A stretch of 64,000 nt of DNA from an uncultured Clostridia bacterium (GTDB lineage: Bacteria; Bacillota; Clostridia; Christensenellales; UBA1242): NCBI GenBank assembly GCA_944376905.1, contig CALWEA010000001.1, forward strand, positions 144,487 through 208,486, given 5' to 3'. Position numbers and translations under genes: made by a program. Position 1 is the stretch's first letter. Each line of letters opens with the position of its first letter. A model generated the notes under the pieces. It was not told the origin of the DNA, ran no database searches, and saw nothing but the letters and a program-made list of their open reading frames with translations. Below are positions 29,303 to 39,218 of the stretch, in pieces.

Positions 29303-30376
29303 TTATTTTGTTTGTTCCATATTGTATTTGGAGGAATAAAGTAGGGTTGTATTTGGAGTTGTGTTTATTGTTTTTATTAAACTTTTTTTATTTGAATTTT
29401 CCAATGTTATTATTTCAACATCTTTAAGTTCTTGATTGAGTTCTTGACAATGCAAATCTGTTGTTAAGTTACCATTTCCGTGTATGTAACTTTTTCCTAA
29501 AATTGTTAATTTTCCGTTCAAATTAGGATTGTCATGGATAATGGTTTCTCCGCCGATAACAAGTTGTCCTGATAATTTTCCTCCAATTATTTGGCAACTA
29601 TCCTTAACAATTACATCATCTTGAAGTGTTACTGATTTATCAATTGATGCTTCATCTTGTACAATACAATTATCTGTTACTATTGTTTGGCCACAAACTC
29701 TACTTTTTCCTAAAACTTTTACATTGTTAGATAAATAAGCGCGTCCGCAAACATGAGCGTTTTGTGCTATAATACAATTATCGTGTAATTGTGCGAAATC
29801 ATCTAATTGAGAGTTATCTAATATGGCTGAATTTCCATACATTTTTGCATTTCCGCCAACCTTTCCGCCTAAAACTTTCGCGTTGCCATAAATCAAAGCA
29901 TTGCCACTAACTTGCCCACCCAATTTGTTTATAACCATTGCGTTTTTAAATATCCAGCAATTGCCATCTTGACTAAGAGCGTCTTGATTGTCAACCCAGC
30001 CTCCTAAATCACCTTTTTTTATATTTATTTCTGGTATATCTCTTATTGCCATAATTCTAAAAAGTTTAATTTTTTTTAATTTATTAAATGGTTGTTGGGT
30101 TAAAGGATTTATTAGTTCAAGTTCTTGATAAGTTGGAATTGTCATCTTGAAACGACCAACTCTAAAAGTAATGGGATTACTAACAATAACATATTTTAAT
30201 AATTTGTCATTTTCGTTTTGTATAATTTCATTAACGCTATTAATTTCATTTGTTGTTTTTGTGTTGCTTGATTGATTATTAATAGACATTTTATTAATAT
30301 CATATTTTTGTAATTCGCCTTGAACAAGTGATTTAGATTTTAATGATGTTTTTTTTGAAAATTTTTTTCTTTTCAT
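29303..30376 (-). CDS. YdcK-like beta-helix protein, paralogue 3 (divergent)
   Basis: LFRIMAIRDIPEINIKKGDLGGWVDNQDALSQDGNCWIFKNAMV, then GNAxxYGNAKVLGGKVGGNAKMYGNSAI repeats. Confidence 0.7.
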   Translation of the reverse strand: MKRKKFSKKTSLKSKSLVQGELQKYDINKMSINNQSSNTKTTNEINSVNEIIQNENDKLLKYVIVSNPITFRVGRFKMTIPTYQELELINPLTQQPFNKLKKIKLFRIMAIRDIPEINIKKGDLGGWVDNQDALSQDGNCWIFKNAMVINKLGGQVSGNALIYGNAKVLGGKVGGNAKMYGNSAILDNSQLDDFAQLHDNCIIAQNAHVCGRAYLSNNVKVLGKSRVCGQTIVTDNCIVQDEASIDKSVTLQDDVIVKDSCQIIGGKLSGQLVIGGETIIHDNPNLNGKLTILGKSYIHGNGNLTTDLHCQELNQELKDVEIITLENSNKKSLIKTINTTPNTTLLYSSKYNMEQTK

Positions 30377-30896
30377 AAATACTCCAAACTTTTTGTAATA
30401 TTATTTTAACACCTTTTTAATTGATATTAAAAATCTTGCGTTATACTTATTTTATCAAACTAATTAAACATTTGTTTTATATCTACTTAAATATCCATTT
30501 ATATATCATTTTATATATTTCATCTATGAGTTGTTAAATTGATTATTATATAAACTATTTTAAATTTTAAATTTTTAAATTAATTTATTTACTAATTTAA
30601 AATCAATTGTATGACATTATTGGTAAATGATTTATTTTAATTTACATAATTAAAATCAAATCAATAAATATGATTTAAGATGAAAATGAATATTGTTTAA
30701 GATTAAAGTATTTAAGTTGCTTGATTACATAATTAATTAAATATCAACTAAAATATTCATCAAAATTAATATTGTTCTATAACATACTTTCATTTTATCA
30801 TAAATTCAACAAAAAATCAATAGTCACAATTTTTGATTATTTAATTTGATTATTTAAATAGAAGAGTAAAAAAATATAAAATAAAATAAAAAACTA

Positions 30897-30925
30897 TTGA
30901 CTTTATATTGTTTTTATGTTAAATT
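30897..30925 (+). promoter_or_regulatory. Sigma-A promoter with extended -10, about 270 nt upstream of rpsL
   Basis: TTGACT 30897-30902, 17-nt spacer ending in TGt, TAAATT 30920-30925. Confidence 0.6.
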
Positions 30926-31128
30926 CATTCCGTAAAGATTATTTCTTTACCAAAAAGTTGTCTTGGCTTTTTGAAAACTTTAACGGCAGGTGTTGTTATT
31001 GTGAATTGAATTTTAAATTTGTGTTGAATCTAGGTTTCAAGTGAAATTTAAATATTTTGCAAAACAATTCATTAAACACTGAGTATGTTCGTGAAGTTTT
31101 TACTTTTTAATCGCCATAAAACTTTTTG

Positions 31129-31167
31129 ATGAATTGAAATAAAATTTTCAATTCATTTTGTTTTTTT
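31129..31167 (+). terminator. Terminator/attenuator hairpin inside the rpsL leader, 28 nt before the start codon
   Basis: ATGAATTGAAA-taaaat-TTTCAATTCAT (perfect 11-bp stem) followed by TTTGTTTTTTT. Confidence 0.6.
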
Positions 31168-31195
31168 ATAAATATTCTGTAAAGGAGGATAAACT

Positions 31196-31573
31196 ATGCC
31201 AACAGTTAATCAACTTGTTAGGAAAGGAAGAAAAACTTTTAACAGAAAAAGCAAATCTCCACTTTTGGAAAATAATCCTCAAAAACGTGGTGTTTGTTTG
31301 TCAGTTAAAACAACATCTCCTAAGAAGCCAAACTCTGCACTTCGTAAAATTGCCCGTGTTAGACTTTCAAACGGTTCAGAAGCAACATGTTACATTCCTG
31401 GTATAGGACACAATCTTCAAGAACATAGTGTTGTTCTTGTTCGTGGCGGTAGAGTTAAAGATTTGCCAGGTGTTCGTTATCACATTATACGTGGTGCTCT
31501 TGATGCTTCAGGTGTTGCAAAACGTGCACAAGGTCGTTCTAAGTACGGTGCTAAAAAACCTAAAAAACAATAG
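31196..31573 (+). CDS. rpsL: 30S ribosomal protein S12
   Basis: [13 protein letters not shown]...[10 protein letters not shown]...[27 protein letters not shown]. Confidence 0.98.
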   Translation: MPTVNQLVRKGRKTFNRKSKSPLLENNPQKRGVCLSVKTTSPKKPNSALRKIARVRLSNGSEATCYIPGIGHNLQEHSVVLVRGGRVKDLPGVRYHIIRGALDASGVAKRAQGRSKYGAKKPKKQ

Positions 31574-31860
31574 AAAAATATGTAATAAGCAATCTACAAC
31601 TACAACTAATTTAGACTAATTAAACTATATGTTTTTAATTTATATTTTAAACTAATTTAAGAAATCAATTTTCTTATCATTACATTTAAAAAATTATTTA
31701 TATCTTAACAGATAACTTTATTTCTTTATTTCTTTAAAATTTGTAAAATTAAACTTTTTTGTTGTAGTTGATAACTTACTTGATGTGAGAATTATTATTA
31801 CAAAAATCAATTTGATTTTATTTGAGTAATCGTTTCGTTTAGAAACTAAAAGGAGAAAAA

Positions 31861-32334
31861 ATGGCAAGAAGAAATAGTGCAGTTAAAAGAGATGTTCTTC
31901 CAGATCCAGTTTTTGGAAGCAAACTTTTAACAAAACTTATTAATCAAATTATGCTAGACGGTAAAAAAGGAACAGCAGAAAACATCGTTTATGGCGCATT
32001 TGATATTATTAAAGAAAAAACAGGTAATGAACCATTGACTATTTTTACACAAGCATTAGAAAACATTAAACCAGTTCTTGAAACAAAAGGTCGCCGTGTT
32101 GGTGGTGCAACATATCAAGTTCCTATTGAAATTCGTCCAGACCGTCGTCAAACATTAGGAATCCGCTGGCTTGTTCTTTTCGCAAGAAAACGTAATGGAG
32201 AAAGAACAATGAAAGAAAAACTTGCTGGTGAAATTATGGATGCCTATAATAATACTGGTGCAGCGGTTAAGCGTAGAGATGAAATGCATAGAATGGCAGA
32301 GGCAAATAAAGCATTTGCACATTTCCGTTGGTAA
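31861..32334 (+). CDS. rpsG: 30S ribosomal protein S7
   Basis: [20 protein letters not shown]...[16 protein letters not shown]...[10 protein letters not shown]. Confidence 0.98.
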   Translation: MARRNSAVKRDVLPDPVFGSKLLTKLINQIMLDGKKGTAENIVYGAFDIIKEKTGNEPLTIFTQALENIKPVLETKGRRVGGATYQVPIEIRPDRRQTLGIRWLVLFARKRNGERTMKEKLAGEIMDAYNNTGAAVKRRDEMHRMAEANKAFAHFRW

Positions 32335-32567
32335 TATTTTTGAATTAATTTTTTTAATTAGTATTTTTGAAAAAATTTATTTAATAATTTAATAAAAAAT
32401 ATTTAATCTTTAAAATTAAATTTAAATTTTAAATATTTTTAAATATTATGATTAATTATTTTAATAATAAAGTTTAATTGAAATAATTATAGTATTTCAA
32501 TTAATTTAATTATTTGTTTTTTTATTATGCACTTTTAGTGTATGAAATTTTTTTAGGAGAAATTATT

Positions 32568-34646
32568 ATGGCAAAAGAACCATTAACAAAAACCCGTAAT
32601 GTTGGTATTATGGCTCATATTGATGCTGGTAAAACAACAACAACAGAAAGAATTTTGTTTTATACGGGTAAAAGTCATAAAATCGGTGAAGTTCACGACG
32701 GAGCCGCAACTATGGATTGGATGGAGCAAGAACAAGAACGTGGGATAACTATAACATCTGCTTGTACAACTTGTTCTTGGAAAGACCACAAAATTAATAT
32801 TATTGACACACCTGGACACGTTGATTTTACTATTGAAGTTGAACGTAGTTTAAAAGTTCTTGATGGGGCAGTTTTAGTTCTTAGTGCAAGAGATAAAGTT
32901 CAACCACAAACAGAAACTGTTTGGAGACAAGCAACAAAATATAAAGTTCCAGTTATAGTGTATATCAATAAAATGGATAGAGATGCTGCTGATTTTGATG
33001 CGTGTGTTGAAAGTATTCGCACTAGATTACACACAACTCCAATTCCAATTCAAATGCCAGTTGGAGAAAGTGAAACATTTAAGGGGATTATAGACCTCTT
33101 CACAATGAAAGCAGAAATTTATAAAGATGACCAAGGTAAAGAAATTGAAATTATTGACATTCCAGAAGAATTAAAAGCAAAAGCGCAAAAAATGCATGAT
33201 GCAATGATAGAAGCAATTGTTGAAACTGATGATGCTTTATTGGAAAGATATTTTGGAGGAGGAGAGATATCTGTTGAAGATTTAAAGAAAACTCTTCGTA
33301 AAGCAACTATATCTAAAAAATTAGTTCCTGTTTTATGTGGTTCTTCATATAAAAATAAAGGTGTTCAAATGTTGCTTGATGCGATGGTAGATTATTTACC
33401 TTCACCTCTTGATATTGACGCTGTTAAAGGTATTAATCCAGATACAGATAAAGAAGAAGAAAGAATTGCTAGTGAAGATGCACCTTTTGCTGGCTTAGCA
33501 TTTAAAATAGCAAATGACCCTTTTGTTGGAGGATTGACATTTTTCCGTGTTTATAGTGGTCTTTTAAAAGCAGGTTCTTATGTTTACAATTCTATAACAG
33601 GAAAAAATGAAAGAGTTGGTCGTTTAATTCGTATGCACGCTAATAATCGTCAAGAAATATCAGAAGTTGGTGCGGGTGATATTGCTGCTATTGTTGGTTT
33701 GAAGGACACAATTACAGGACACACTCTTTGTGATGAAAAACATCCAATTGTTCTTGAAAGTATGGATTTCCCAGACCCAGTTATTCAATTGGCTATTGAG
33801 CCAAAAACAAAAGATATGCAAGAAAAAATGGCTCTTGCACTAGCAAAACTTATGCGTGAAGACCCTTCTTTCAAAGTTTCAACTGATAAAGAAACCGGAC
33901 AAACAATTATTGCCGGTATGGGCGAACTACACCTTGAAATTATTGTTGACAGATTAAAACGTGAATTCAAAGTTGAGGCTAATGTTGGTGCTCCTCAAGT
34001 TTCATATAAGGAAACTATTAGAAATGCTTGTAAGGCGGAAGGTAAATTTATTCGTCAAAGCGGTGGTAAGGGGCAATATGGACATTGTCTTATTGAAATG
34101 GAACCACTTGAACAAGGTGCTGGATATGAGTTTATAGATAAAACTGTTGGCGGTTCTATCCCTAAAGAATTTATTCAACCTATTAATAACGGTATTAATG
34201 AAGCAAGACAAAATGGTATATTGGCTGGATATGAAACAGTTGATTTTCGAGTTACTGTTTATGATGGTTCTTATCATGATGTCGATTCTAGTGAAATGGC
34301 GTTTAAAATTGCAGGCTCTCTTGCATTTAAAGATGGTTGTGCAAAGGGTGGTGCTTATTTACTAGAACCTATTATGGCAGTTCAAGTTGAACTTCCTGAT
34401 GAATATCTTGGAACTGTTATGGGTAATTTAACTTCTAGAAGGGGAATTCTTTTGGGAACAGAAACAAAACCTGGTGTTCAAATTATCAATGCAGAAGTTC
34501 CTTTGGCTGAAATGTTTGGATATGCAACTGATTTGCGTTCTCAAACACAGGGTCGTGGAACATTTACTATGGAATTTAAAAAATATGGAGAAGTTCCAAA
34601 ATCAATTAGTGAAAAAATAATTGGTGAACGTGCAAAAAAAGCATAA
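32568..34646 (+). CDS. fusA: Elongation factor G
   Basis: [30 protein letters not shown]..., [13 protein letters not shown]. Start set at ATG 32568 (AGGAG RBS), not the upstream TTG of the track. Confidence 0.98.
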   Translation: MAKEPLTKTRNVGIMAHIDAGKTTTTERILFYTGKSHKIGEVHDGAATMDWMEQEQERGITITSACTTCSWKDHKINIIDTPGHVDFTIEVERSLKVLDGAVLVLSARDKVQPQTETVWRQATKYKVPVIVYINKMDRDAADFDACVESIRTRLHTTPIPIQMPVGESETFKGIIDLFTMKAEIYKDDQGKEIEIIDIPEELKAKAQKMHDAMIEAIVETDDALLERYFGGGEISVEDLKKTLRKATISKKLVPVLCGSSYKNKGVQMLLDAMVDYLPSPLDIDAVKGINPDTDKEEERIASEDAPFAGLAFKIANDPFVGGLTFFRVYSGLLKAGSYVYNSITGKNERVGRLIRMHANNRQEISEVGAGDIAAIVGLKDTITGHTLCDEKHPIVLESMDFPDPVIQLAIEPKTKDMQEKMALALAKLMREDPSFKVSTDKETGQTIIAGMGELHLEIIVDRLKREFKVEANVGAPQVSYKETIRNACKAEGKFIRQSGGKGQYGHCLIEMEPLEQGAGYEFIDKTVGGSIPKEFIQPINNGINEARQNGILAGYETVDFRVTVYDGSYHDVDSSEMAFKIAGSLAFKDGCAKGGAYLLEPIMAVQVELPDEYLGTVMGNLTSRRGILLGTETKPGVQIINAEVPLAEMFGYATDLRSQTQGRGTFTMEFKKYGEVPKSISEKIIGERAKKA

Positions 34647-35093
34647 TTTTAAAATTTAAAGCATATTTTTAAATATTAAAGTATAATTTTAAATTTATAA
34701 ATTGTTTAAATTTTAAAAGCAACTTTTTTTGTTAAAAATAAGTTTTAATTTAATAAATTAAACTCTATTTTAATTTATGATTTTAATTTGTTTTACTATT
34801 TAATTTAATTGATTATTTGCTAAATTAACTGTTAAATTAATGATGTGTTGATAATGTACTGATAGAATTTTTAAATTAAAAGTTGATATTAATATAATTT
34901 TATAGAAGTTAATATTATTTTATATAAATTTTAAACTTTAATTTTATAAAAAATTTAACTTTAATTTTGTAAAAAAATTATATTTTCAATATGATATTTT
35001 TCATGTTTAACTTTCAATTTTGCAAGATATACTTTAATCTAAGTAAAAATAAATTAAAATTTTTGTAAAAATATAAAAATTATTTAAAATTGC

Positions 35094-35122
35094 TTGCTAT
35101 TTTGTATGTGATTTGATATAAT
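35094..35122 (+). promoter_or_regulatory. Candidate internal promoter for tuf (extended -10)
   Basis: TTGCTA 35094-35099, 17-nt spacer ending TGa, TATAAT 35117-35122. Confidence 0.55.
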
Positions 35123-35175
35123 TTTGATGTTAAATTAAATAACAATATATTAATTTTTTAAAGGAGATTATTTAA

Positions 35176-36378
35176 ATGGCAAAGGAAAAATTTGACAGAA
35201 CCAAGGCCCACGTAAATGTTGGTACTATTGGACACGTAGACCATGGTAAAACAACCTTAACTGCCGCTATAACTTTCTACAGTTCTTTAAGAGGATTGGC
35301 TGAAGCTAGACGCTATGACCAAATCGATGGAGCTCCTGAAGAAAGACAAAGAGGTATCACAATTAATACTGCACACGTTGAATATCAAACTGATACTCGT
35401 CACTATGCTCACGTTGACTGTCCAGGGCATGCTGACTACGTTAAGAATATGATTACTGGTGCAGCGCAAATGGATGGAGCAATTCTTGTTGTTTCAGCAG
35501 CGGATGGTCCTATGCCTCAAACTCGTGAACACATCTTGCTTGCTCGTCAGGTTGGTGTTCCTTACATTGTTGTATTTATGAACAAAGTTGACCAAGTTGA
35601 TGATCCAGAACTTCTTGAACTTGTTGAAATGGAAATTAGAGATTTGTTAACAGAGTACGGATTCCCTGGTGACACAACTCCAATTATTAAAGGTTCAGCT
35701 CTTAAAGCACTTGAAGCTTGTCAAGCTGGCAAAGTTGATGATCCTGCTTGCAAACCTATCCAAGAACTTCTTGATGCTATTGACAGTTATATTCCAGAAC
35801 CAGCACGTGAAACAGATAAGCCATTCCTTATGCCTATCGAAGACGTTTTCACTATCCAAGGTCGTGGAACCGTTGTTACTGGTAGGGTAGAACGTGGTGT
35901 TATTAAACTTAATGACACAGTTGAAATTGTTGGTATGGGGTCAAACAAACAAACAGTTGTAACTGGTGTTGAAATGTTTAGAAAACTTCTTGATGAAGCA
36001 AGAGCAGGAGATAATGTTGGTCTTCTTCTTCGCGGAATTCAAAGAAACGAAGTTGAAAGAGGTCAAGTTATTTGTAAACCTGGATCAATTAAACCTCACA
36101 CTAAATTTACAGCCGAAGTTTATGTTTTGAAGAAAGAAGAAGGTGGACGTCATACTCCATTCTTTAACGGATATCGTCCTCAATTCTATTTTAGAACAAC
36201 AGATGTTACAGGAACTATTGAACTTCCTGCTGGTGTTGAAATGGTTATGCCAGGAGATAACATTTCTATGACTATTAACCTTATAACTCCAATCGCTATT
36301 GAACAAGGATTGCGTTTCGCTATTCGTGAAGGCGGAAGAACAGTTGGTTCAGGTGTTGTTTCTTCAATTATTGAATAA
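35176..36378 (+). CDS. tuf: Elongation factor Tu
   Basis: [45 protein letters not shown]. 400 aa. Confidence 0.99.
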   Translation: MAKEKFDRTKAHVNVGTIGHVDHGKTTLTAAITFYSSLRGLAEARRYDQIDGAPEERQRGITINTAHVEYQTDTRHYAHVDCPGHADYVKNMITGAAQMDGAILVVSAADGPMPQTREHILLARQVGVPYIVVFMNKVDQVDDPELLELVEMEIRDLLTEYGFPGDTTPIIKGSALKALEACQAGKVDDPACKPIQELLDAIDSYIPEPARETDKPFLMPIEDVFTIQGRGTVVTGRVERGVIKLNDTVEIVGMGSNKQTVVTGVEMFRKLLDEARAGDNVGLLLRGIQRNEVERGQVICKPGSIKPHTKFTAEVYVLKKEEGGRHTPFFNGYRPQFYFRTTDVTGTIELPAGVEMVMPGDNISMTINLITPIAIEQGLRFAIREGGRTVGSGVVSSIIE

Positions 36379-36416
36379 TTTATAATGAAAATTTATAAAA
36401 CCCAATAAATTTTTAG

Positions 36417-36451
36417 AAAAAGCAGTTTAAAACCCAAAACTGCTTTTTTTT
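36417..36451 (+). terminator. Intrinsic terminator after tuf
   Basis: AAAAAGCAGTTT-aaaaccca-AAACTGCTTTTTTTT. Confidence 0.85.
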
Positions 36452-36628
36452 ATGTAATAAAAAATTATAACGTTATGTAATTTTAAAATATTAATAAAAA
36501 AAGAAAAAAAGGATAGTTTTTAACTTTCCTTTTTCTGTTTTATTTATTTTTTCTATTTTATTTATTTTAAATGAAACTTGTCAATTAAATTGTTGCTAAT
36601 TTTTAAATTTTAATTTTAACAACTTTTA

Positions 36629-37786
36629 TTAGTGATGACAACCACAATCGCAAGAATCATCACAGCAATCATCATTGCATTCGTCGCAATCACAACCATC
36701 AAATTCAACAACTGTTAAATCTTGAATAAAACTTGGAGTTGGCATTTTTTCAGTTGTTATATAACCTGGTATGCTATCTAATAAATCTGCAATTCTATTA
36801 ACAACTGTTGCACAAGTTAACTCAACTGTTTGTGGACGGTCAACAACAATGCTTGTTGTTGGTTCTCCTTCAACTGTCCATTGGTTGCTATCAAATTCAT
36901 CAGGAGCATAAACCTTGCCAATACATTGTGTTTCAATAACAATACCTTCTTCTGTTTCAGTTGTTACGACGGCACTCATTCCAGTTGCGTCACCCGCTTT
37001 TATTGTCATGCCTAATGTTGAACTTTGTAAATCAGAATTGTGTGTTTGTGGCACACATTTTTGAGTTTGTTTTTTAACAGTGAGTCCCAAATGAGAAGCA
37101 AGCCAACCGTTAGTGTTCCACATATAACTTGGCAAAAATTCACCTTTTTCAATTAAGTTTTGTCGTTCTTCTTCTGAAATATTATCTGCGGACGCTATTT
37201 CTTTTTCAAATTCTTTTAAAGTTAAACCGGCCCCATGTGCTTTTGCAAGAGCGATACCGTAATCTTCAACATTATATGAAGTTTTGCCAATTATTTTTTT
37301 AATACTTTGTGTTGATGATGCAATGGCAGTTATTAAATTTCCCCAATAAATATCCTGATACCCAGAGCCACAAATTGTACAATTATTTTCAATAGCGGTT
37401 TTATTAATTTCTTCTGTTATTTTAGGATTACTATTCCAAGGATAAAACGCTTCTTCGCAAGTTGTTATTGCATTAATTCCTAATTTTGCCAGACGAAGTA
37501 AAGTTGGACCAACATCGCTCATCAAACTCATAGTTGCAACAATGCAAACATCAGGACAAGTTTTTTGAATTTCTTTTTCTAGTTCATCTGCATGTTTAAT
37601 AACAATTCCAATTTTTTTATAGTTATTTCCTATAATCTCAGCAATGTCTTTTCCAATAATATCAGGCGAAATATCAAATGCACATACTATTTCACCTTTT
37701 TTTTCTAATACATATCTCATAAGATAAGCAGACATTTTGCCACATCCAAACATGGCAACTTTAAGTTTTCTTGTTTTTTCTTCCAA
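36629..37786 (-). CDS. DapB-N-like NAD(P)-dependent amine dehydrogenase (2,4-diaminopentanoate dehydrogenase-like) with a Cys/Asp-rich C-terminal tail
   Basis: Rossmann start LKVAMFGCGKMSAYLMRYVLEKKGEIVCAFD. TTG start after GGGAGG. C-terminus GCDCDECNDDCCDDSCDCGCHH. Family assignment is by resemblance only. Confidence 0.6.
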   Translation of the reverse strand: MEEKTRKLKVAMFGCGKMSAYLMRYVLEKKGEIVCAFDISPDIIGKDIAEIIGNNYKKIGIVIKHADELEKEIQKTCPDVCIVATMSLMSDVGPTLLRLAKLGINAITTCEEAFYPWNSNPKITEEINKTAIENNCTICGSGYQDIYWGNLITAIASSTQSIKKIIGKTSYNVEDYGIALAKAHGAGLTLKEFEKEIASADNISEEERQNLIEKGEFLPSYMWNTNGWLASHLGLTVKKQTQKCVPQTHNSDLQSSTLGMTIKAGDATGMSAVVTTETEEGIVIETQCIGKVYAPDEFDSNQWTVEGEPTTSIVVDRPQTVELTCATVVNRIADLLDSIPGYITTEKMPTPSFIQDLTVVEFDGCDCDECNDDCCDDSCDCGCHH

Positions 37787-37937
37787 TTTAAACCTCCCAA
37801 CATTTTTAGTTTACTACAATTAATATAGTATTGTCAAATAAAAATACATTATGTATGTTTAAATTTAAAAATAATTTCTATATTTAAATTTATTTTGTTT
37901 TTTAAACTGTTTTATTTATTTTTTTTTTAATTTTTTC

Positions 37938-37971
37938 AATAAAAAAATCATTATTTATTAATAACGATTTT
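37938..37971 (-). terminator. Candidate terminator downstream of 38003-38491
   Basis: 12-bp A/T-rich stem (one G-U on the minus-strand transcript) with a 4-nt loop and a U-rich tail. Confidence 0.45.
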
Positions 37972-38002
37972 TTATAAATAATGATTATTTGTATTTATTA
38001 AA

Positions 38003-38491
38003 TTAATTCATCTTAATTTGATAATCTTGTTTAGATTGTTTATTATACATATCATATAACTGTTCAATTGAAAATTGAGAATAATAATCAGGATTTTGAG
38101 TTCCAAAAACTCTGGTCAAAATGTTAATAAAATCTTTTGATAAGTTTGTATTTTCGAATAATATATCTGTTTTATCATATAAAATTTGACCGTTTTTATC
38201 GGTTATTTTCAATATAAAGGTATTTAAATTTTTTGAAAGAAAAGGCAGTGTTCCAGCACTAGTTTCTATTTTATCAAATGGTTTGACATCAAGAAGTTTT
38301 GTTTCAATAATATGGGGTATTCCATCTTTACAATAAGAAATTCTTATTGTTTGTTCTTTGCTTTTTGTCAATGTTTTAAAAGTTGCTAAGGCTATTCCAA
38401 AATAAAAATTTGCGTAAACATCTCTCATTAAATTTGAATTAGTTAAAATTTCCTCAGGATTTTTAAAATTGTTTAAATTTGAATATTTCAT
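38003..38491 (-). CDS. Hypothetical protein (162 aa), no recognised motif
   Basis: ORF with RBS AAGGAGA. Its upstream region carries the same palindrome as the sdpR-like promoter. Confidence 0.6.
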   Translation of the reverse strand: MKYSNLNNFKNPEEILTNSNLMRDVYANFYFGIALATFKTLTKSKEQTIRISYCKDGIPHIIETKLLDVKPFDKIETSAGTLPFLSKNLNTFILKITDKNGQILYDKTDILFENTNLSKDFINILTRVFGTQNPDYYSQFSIEQLYDMYNKQSKQDYQIKMN

Positions 38492-38552
38492 TTTTTTCTC
38501 CTTATTTGTTTAAATAAAAATTTAATTAATCAAATATTATATTTAGATATAA

Positions 38553-38572
38553 ATTTAGATAAATATCTAAAT
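38553..38572. promoter_or_regulatory. Palindrome ATTTAGAT-AAAT-ATCTAAAT, 62-81 bp upstream of 38003-38491; extra half-site at 38541-38548
   Basis: Perfect 8-4-8 inverted repeat with arms identical to the 24634-24655 element. Confidence 0.55.
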
Positions 38573-38913
38573 ACTTATATATTTTTAATTCTAAGTAAAT
38601 GTTATCAAATTTAATTAAAATAGTCAATCAAAAATGAGTTTTTATACAAAAAAATGTTATTTTTAATTATTTTTCGCTTGTATATAAAATAATAAGATGT
38701 AAATAAAAAATTTATTGTTAAAAACTATTTTTAAAACATATGATTAAAATTTGTTATTAAAATTTTATATTTTTTATGTTTTTGTTTTAATTTTGATGTT
38801 ATTTTTTATTGAAAATCTATTATAAGTTTTAATAATTAACCTTGCATTTTTTTTATTTATGTGATAATATATTTTGTATTAATTTGTAATGTTATAAAGG
38901 TTGGGGGAGTTTT

Positions 38914-39177
38914 GTGGACAAGCAAACAAAAAGAGCAGTTAAAAAAAATTCTAAACATTTTTTATGGTTTTTTCTAATCGCGTTTCCAATATTATTAATA
39001 GTTTGTTATTTGCTTTATTCAATGGCTGAAGATTTTTTTCTCAAAAATCAATGGGCTGTCATTATGATTCTAGTTGTTGTTGGAGGAATTATTTTTTTGA
39101 TTTATGATATAATTCGTCGTAAAGTTGAACAAAAAAGAATAAATAAACTAAAAAATGATGACCCTTATGCTGATTAA
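38914..39177 (+). CDS. Small two-TM membrane protein
   Basis: GTG start after GGGGGAG. Two hydrophobic helices (LWFFLIAFPILLIVCYLLY, AVIMILVVVGGIIFLIY). Confidence 0.55.
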   Translation: MDKQTKRAVKKNSKHFLWFFLIAFPILLIVCYLLYSMAEDFFLKNQWAVIMILVVVGGIIFLIYDIIRRKVEQKRINKLKNDDPYAD

Positions 39178-39218
39178 TGTTACAAAATTTTTTAAAGTGT
39201 TAAAATTTGGGAGGGAGT

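Noticed and set aside
32583-36306. Track ORFs antisense to or out of frame with fusA and tuf (32583-32819, 33785-33970, 34002-34277, 34147-34365, 35287-35469, 35669-35890, 36085-36306)
   Set aside because: They lie entirely inside highly conserved genes, have no RBS, and show the odd composition typical of shadow frames. The same applies to the shadow ORFs inside ftsA, ftsZ, hflX, pheST, pgk, dnaB, ssb/rpsR/rpsF and the 1433-aa gene.
38492-39218. Possible replication origin or DnaA-box cluster next to dnaB
   Set aside because: I found no TTATCCACA-like boxes on either strand. In Bacillota the helicase gene is not normally origin-linked, and no dnaA or dnaN is nearby.
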